Position numbers and translations under genes: made by a program
The notes under the pieces: generated by a model
The model's input: only the letters and a program-made list of their open reading frames with translations
What the model was told of the DNA's origin: nothing
The model's database searches: none
Source of the DNA: Pseudomonadota bacterium
Lineage (GTDB): Bacteria > Pseudomonadota > Gammaproteobacteria > Burkholderiales > Burkholderiaceae_C
NCBI GenBank assembly: GCA_041179165.1
Contig: JBEGTX010000161.1
Location: 16,014-80,013, forward strand
DNA: 64,000 nt
Reading direction: 5' to 3'
In this document: one piece after another, positions 60,072 to 64,000 of the stretch
How the letters are laid out: the number at the start of each line of letters is the position of its first letter
Position numbering within the stretch: the stretch's first letter is position 1

Positions 60072-62795
60072 TCAGGCGGCCTTGGGCAGCGAACGCAAGA
60101 TCGCGTCTGATGCCATGTGCTCGACCTTCGGCCGGTGGCTGGCGATCTTCTGCCGCGTTTGCGCCAGGCGGTCCAGCGTGGAGCAGATGCGGGCCTGCAA
60201 GCGATCAGGTTCGTAGATGTCCCGTCCCTCGAGGATATGGTCCGAACTCATGTCGAAGTGCGTGAGCATGCCGATGAACTTGGCCTGGTACTCGACGGCG
60301 AGCACGGGCACGTCGCGGCCGAGCGCGGCGATCATCAGGTGCATGCGGCCGGTGAGCACCAGGTCGAAGTTCTGGCAGCACTCTTTCACATCGGCCGCGG
60401 TGTAGGGCCCTTCGGCCAGCAGCACACGGTGGCGAACCGCAGCGGGCACCTGGTCGAGCACCTGGTTCAGCATGGTGTAGTCGCTCGCGATGGAACGGAA
60501 GTCATGCGGCAGCAGCACCACGCTTGCATCGCGCTGGGTGATCAAGCGTGAAATGACCTCGCCCGACGCGACCATGGCTTGCGAACGCTGGTCGGCACTC
60601 AAATCCTGCAGCGCATGCGGCGACAGGTTCCAGGCGATCACCGGGCCGTTGCCATGGTGGCCGCCATCGAGCCATGCGCGCACGTTCGCCGCGAGTTTGC
60701 CGTGCTCGGACGGCTGAAGGTTGAAGGCCACGTCGGCGGTGAGCGTGACCCGGTCACCCATGATCTTCACGAGGCGTTCGTGCGAGAGTTTGTCGCGGCA
60801 CAGCACGACCACGCTCGCCGGCAAGTCCGCCATGGCTCGCGCCACCACCCGATCGGGCTGCCCGTTGAAGCTGAAGCTGATCAGCAGCGTGGGCACGCCG
60901 CGCTCGGCACAGAACTCAGCGATCTTCAGGCGCAACAGCGACTCGAATCGCGAGTAGAAGCCGTCAAGCACATCGGCACCGATGAGGATGAACGCGTTGG
61001 CATCTTGCAGCTGACGCGCCAGCTGACCTGCTTGGCCCATGCTGCCCCACAGCGGCATCGCCGTCACGCCCAGCCCGTCGGGTGTGGGCATGCCGGCGCC
61101 GGGGCGGCACAGCACGCGGGCGCGCGTGGCCCCGCTGCGCTTGAGCATGCTCACCAGACCACCGAACAACGCCTGGTCGCCCACCGACCCGGTCACGGAG
61201 TAGGCATCACCCGACACCACGACCGCCGGCTCGCTCAGGCGCGAACGGCGCGACCGTGACACGGCCATGCGCATCTGCAACATGATGGCTGCCACTTTGA
61301 CGCGATCCTGAACCCGCACCAGGCGGTCCAGCGGATCACTGAGCAGGCGGCCGACCTTGAGCGGCAGGCTGGCCACCACGCCCAACAGCGTGCGCGGCAT
61401 CAGCAGCGAGAGCAACAACACGAATGCCAGCGCACACGTGAACAGACTCAGGCTGGCCCCAAGGGCAGCCGGCAATGCGCCGTTCACGGAATGCGCCACG
61501 CCCCACCCCAACGCTGCAGCCGCCAACGCCGCCATCATGGGTTTTGCAATGTGATTGATGACCTGCAATGGACTCACCTCCAACTTCGTTCGGATCACGT
61601 GGAACACCAGCGGCAGCACCACCAGTTGTCCCGCCAGCAAACAGGCAGCCACCCCTACTGAGCCGAAGCGGAAAAGAATCGGAATGCTCAACAGGGTGAC
61701 CGCGGTGCGGACCATGGCCACCCTCAAGGTGGAACTCGCCGCACCCAGCGCTTGCAACATCGCGCTGTACAGGTACATCACTGCACGAACCGCGCCAAGG
61801 AAACAGAGCACCTGGAACGGGGCCACGGCGGGCGTCCACTTCGAACCGAAGACAGCGGGAATGAGCAGCTCGCCAGCGGCAGCGGCAAACAGAAAGATCG
61901 GCGAAATGATGGTGGCCGCCACCAAGAGCCGGCGTCGCAGGGCGTCTTGAAGCGCGGCCGGCTGGCCTTGCAGCCGCGCGAATACGCCATTGGCAGAATC
62001 CCACAACGGTGCGGCCACGAGCTGCGTGGCCGCCTGGTGTGCACGCGATGCGAGGGCATAACTGCCCAGCGCTGCGAGGCCGAGTTGTCGGCCCACCAGC
62101 AACTCGACAAACCGTGTTTCAGCCACATCGAGCAGCTTGACGATCATCATGTTCGTCGAAAAGCCTGCAATGTCGCGCAGGGCTGATCGCTTGAAGTGAA
62201 GACGCGGGCGCCACGTCTCGTTTCGCCAGAGGATGACCGTGCCCACCAACTGAAAGGTGAGCTGCTGCAACACGAAGGCCCAGACCCCCAACCCCCCGAC
62301 CGCTGCCGCGATGGCGACCGCGCCACTCAGCAGGTTGCAGGCGGTGGTGCGTTGGGCCAGCGCGCGGTAGGCCACATGCCGCCGCAGCAGTGCAGCAGGA
62401 ACGGCGGAGAGCGCCATCAGCACGAACACCGGTGACAGCGACATGATCAACGGCGCCACGGTCGGAGCGTCGAAAATACGTGCAAAAAACGGACCTGCCA
62501 GCAAGGTCGTCAGCGTCAACAGGGCCGCGCATCCGATCGTGAACCAGAAGGCCGCATCGAGGTGATCGGCATCGAGCTCCCGGCGTTGCACGATGGCCGG
62601 CGCAAAAAGCTGCTCGACGAACAACTCACCCAAGGTGAGAAAGACCATGGCCACCGCAAAGGCCCCGAACTCCGTCGGCGTGAGCAACCGGGCCAGCGTG
62701 AAGAACACGACCAGCGTGATGCCGCGCGCCGACCAGTTCTGGACGTAAGCCCAGAGTGTGGCGTGGCTGCCGCGGTGTTTGCTGTCAGTGACCAC
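60072..62795 (-). CDS. fusion protein: Wzx-type (MOP superfamily) polysaccharide flippase + polysaccharide pyruvyl transferase
   Basis: 907-aa uninterrupted ORF with a GTG start at 62795. Residues 1 to ~475 form a flippase-like region with about 12 TM helices. A basic linker follows. Residues ~523-907 are soluble, with GADVLDGFY..., ISFSFNG and LVLTGRMHLMIAALGRDVPVLAVEYQAKF, typical of PS_pyruv_trans enzymes. Confidence 0.8.
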   Translation of the reverse strand: MVTDSKHRGSHATLWAYVQNWSARGITLVVFFTLARLLTPTEFGAFAVAMVFLTLGELFVEQLFAPAIVQRRELDADHLDAAFWFTIGCAALLTLTTLLAGPFFARIFDAPTVAPLIMSLSPVFVLMALSAVPAALLRRHVAYRALAQRTTACNLLSGAVAIAAAVGGLGVWAFVLQQLTFQLVGTVILWRNETWRPRLHFKRSALRDIAGFSTNMMIVKLLDVAETRFVELLVGRQLGLAALGSYALASRAHQAATQLVAAPLWDSANGVFARLQGQPAALQDALRRRLLVAATIISPIFLFAAAAGELLIPAVFGSKWTPAVAPFQVLCFLGAVRAVMYLYSAMLQALGAASSTLRVAMVRTAVTLLSIPILFRFGSVGVAACLLAGQLVVLPLVFHVIRTKLEVSPLQVINHIAKPMMAALAAAALGWGVAHSVNGALPAALGASLSLFTCALAFVLLLSLLMPRTLLGVVASLPLKVGRLLSDPLDRLVRVQDRVKVAAIMLQMRMAVSRSRRSRLSEPAVVVSGDAYSVTGSVGDQALFGGLVSMLKRSGATRARVLCRPGAGMPTPDGLGVTAMPLWGSMGQAGQLARQLQDANAFILIGADVLDGFYSRFESLLRLKIAEFCAERGVPTLLISFSFNGQPDRVVARAMADLPASVVVLCRDKLSHERLVKIMGDRVTLTADVAFNLQPSEHGKLAANVRAWLDGGHHGNGPVIAWNLSPHALQDLSADQRSQAMVASGEVISRLITQRDASVVLLPHDFRSIASDYTMLNQVLDQVPAAVRHRVLLAEGPYTAADVKECCQNFDLVLTGRMHLMIAALGRDVPVLAVEYQAKFIGMLTHFDMSSDHILEGRDIYEPDRLQARICSTLDRLAQTRQKIASHRPKVEHMASDAILRSLPKAA

Positions 62796-64000
62796 GGGAT
62801 GCTCCCGCGGCCTGCAGCACGTTCAGCACGCGGGTTCGCCAGGCCTCGGTCGAGAACAGGGCTTGCGCGTGCGTCAGCGCCGCGGCCCGCAGGCGGCTGC
62901 GCAGGTCGTCGTCATCGAGCACTCGCACCACGGCGAGTGCGAACTCGGCCGCGTCGTCATGGACCATGGCATGTTCACCGTGGCGGCTGTCGGTGCCTTC
63001 GATGCCGATGCGGGTGGACACCACGGCCGACCCCGCCAGCATGGCCTCCACCGTCTTGATCTTCACGCCGCCCCCGCTCACCAACGGCACCACGGTCACA
63101 GCATTGGCCGCGTAGAAATCGTAGATGTCGGGCACGAAGCCCGCGAACTCCACGCCCTCGCCCGCCGATGCCACCAGGTCGGCTGGCGGATTGCGTCCCG
63201 CCACGACAAAGGTGGACGCGGGCCGTTGTGCCCGCACCAGCGGCCACACCGATTGGAGGAACCAGGCGAGGCCTTCGAGATTAGGCCGGTGGCCGAAGCT
63301 GCCGGCAAAGCCGGCACGGCCCGCGATGGCAGCGACCGCACTGGCGCCGGTACTGCCCAGCGGCAGGCCCACGCACACGGCGGGCACGGCGGGGTTCATG
63401 CCCGAGAGCACCTGGGCATCTTGATCCGACAGAGTCAAGACCGACGAGAAACGCGCATAGTGACGCGCTTCGTAGCGCGCCCAGCACACCCAGTCGAGCC
63501 ACCCTCTGACGCCGGCCCAACCGGGGCGGCGTTGGGCCTGGCGAAAGCCGGACAAGGTGTAGGCGTCTTGCACGTCCATCACACAGGGGATGCCGTCGCA
63601 CATCGCCACGTACTGGGCCATCTGCGGAAATTGGATCCACACCACATCAGGCCGGAACGAGGCCACGACCTGGTGCAAGGCCTGCACCATGTCCGGCGTG
63701 TGGCAAAGCGCAGCGAGTTCGGGTTCGCGCAGCGCGACCGAGCCCAGCCGCGCACGCAGCACATCGGTCCGGCGAATGCGCAAAGGCACATCGGCCACCG
63801 ACACGCACAAGCGCGCCAGCGACACGCGATGGGCCGCTTCGCTCTCAGGCGAATCGACACCCGAGAATCCGAGGAAGGCCAGCTCGGCGTCGAGCGCCAG
63901 CTGCTTCATCTGGGCGAAGGCCAACACGGCGCCACCGTTGGCTGCGCCCTCACCATAGAGAAACGGGGACAACAACAGGATGCGGGGCGAGGCTGAAGCG
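62785..64000 (-). CDS. glycosyltransferase family 4 (5' end just outside the window)
   Basis: The frame is open to the window edge, reading ...ASASPRILLLSPFLYGEGAANGG (typical GT4 N-terminus). C-terminal GGGVKIKTVEAMLAGSAVVST. The track start TTG 63975 is probably internal. Confidence 0.8.
   Translation of the reverse strand, partial: ASASPRILLLSPFLYGEGAANGGAVLAFAQMKQLALDAELAFLGFSGVDSPESEAAHRVSLARLCVSVADVPLRIRRTDVLRARLGSVALREPELAALCHTPDMVQALHQVVASFRPDVVWIQFPQMAQYVAMCDGIPCVMDVQDAYTLSGFRQAQRRPGWAGVRGWLDWVCWARYEARHYARFSSVLTLSDQDAQVLSGMNPAVPAVCVGLPLGSTGASAVAAIAGRAGFAGSFGHRPNLEGLAWFLQSVWPLVRAQRPASTFVVAGRNPPADLVASAGEGVEFAGFVPDIYDFYAANAVTVVPLVSGGGVKIKTVEAMLAGSAVVSTRIGIEGTDSRHGEHAMVHDDAAEFALAVVRVLDDDDLRSRLRAAALTHAQALFSTEAWRTRVLNVLQAAGASRGH

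Overview
G+C-rich proteobacterial chromosomal segment. Gene content (ccmABCDEFGHI, hemCDXY divergent from ppc, PEP-CTERM proteins) looks like Betaproteobacteria/Burkholderiales; this is an inference only. Core blocks: (1) a complete System I cytochrome c maturation operon ccmA-I on the minus strand (399-7418), mostly linked by 4-bp start/stop overlaps; (2) tRNA-Arg(ACG), then hemY-hemX-hemD-hemC (minus), divergent from ppc; (3) a purine base catabolism/salvage supercluster: xdhABC (minus), guanine deaminase, a BMP-family ABC importer and an adenosine/adenine deaminase (27.9-40.1 kb). Accessory blocks: (a) an eroded stress-type gene block at 10.1-13.5 kb with relics of Hsp20, a P-type ATPase and an MBL-fold hydrolase, next to an intact tandem-USP gene; (b) two tandem PEP-CTERM paralogues (14.5-15.9 kb); (c) two tandem 299-aa secreted Cys-rich alpha/beta-hydrolase paralogues, followed by an overlapping PDZ-protein/AraC pair (24.1-27.9 kb); (d) small DUF genes, a GNAT, a lipoprotein hydrolase and a PagP-like barrel (40.1-42.9 kb); (e) a large exopolysaccharide locus (43.3 kb to the window end). 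The EPS locus holds a priming sugar transferase, an OMP, a third PEP-CTERM protein and a long convergent minus-strand operon: sugar-nucleotide genes, 5 GTs, a split AT3+SGNH acetylation module, a 2OG-Fe(II) oxygenase, a secreted WbsX/GH99-like protein and a Wzx flippase fused to a pyruvyl transferase. Non-coding signals: an ~80-nt hairpin-forming dispersed repeat family (four copies as two tandem pairs, with compensatory substitutions), sigma-54-type -24/-12 promoters in front of PEP-CTERM/EPS genes, and an 11-bp tandem triplication that breaks the ATPase frame. I recognised no rRNA, CRISPR array, transposase, integrase or phage genes. Many long ORFs in the track are antisense shadow ORFs typical of high-GC DNA and were not called.
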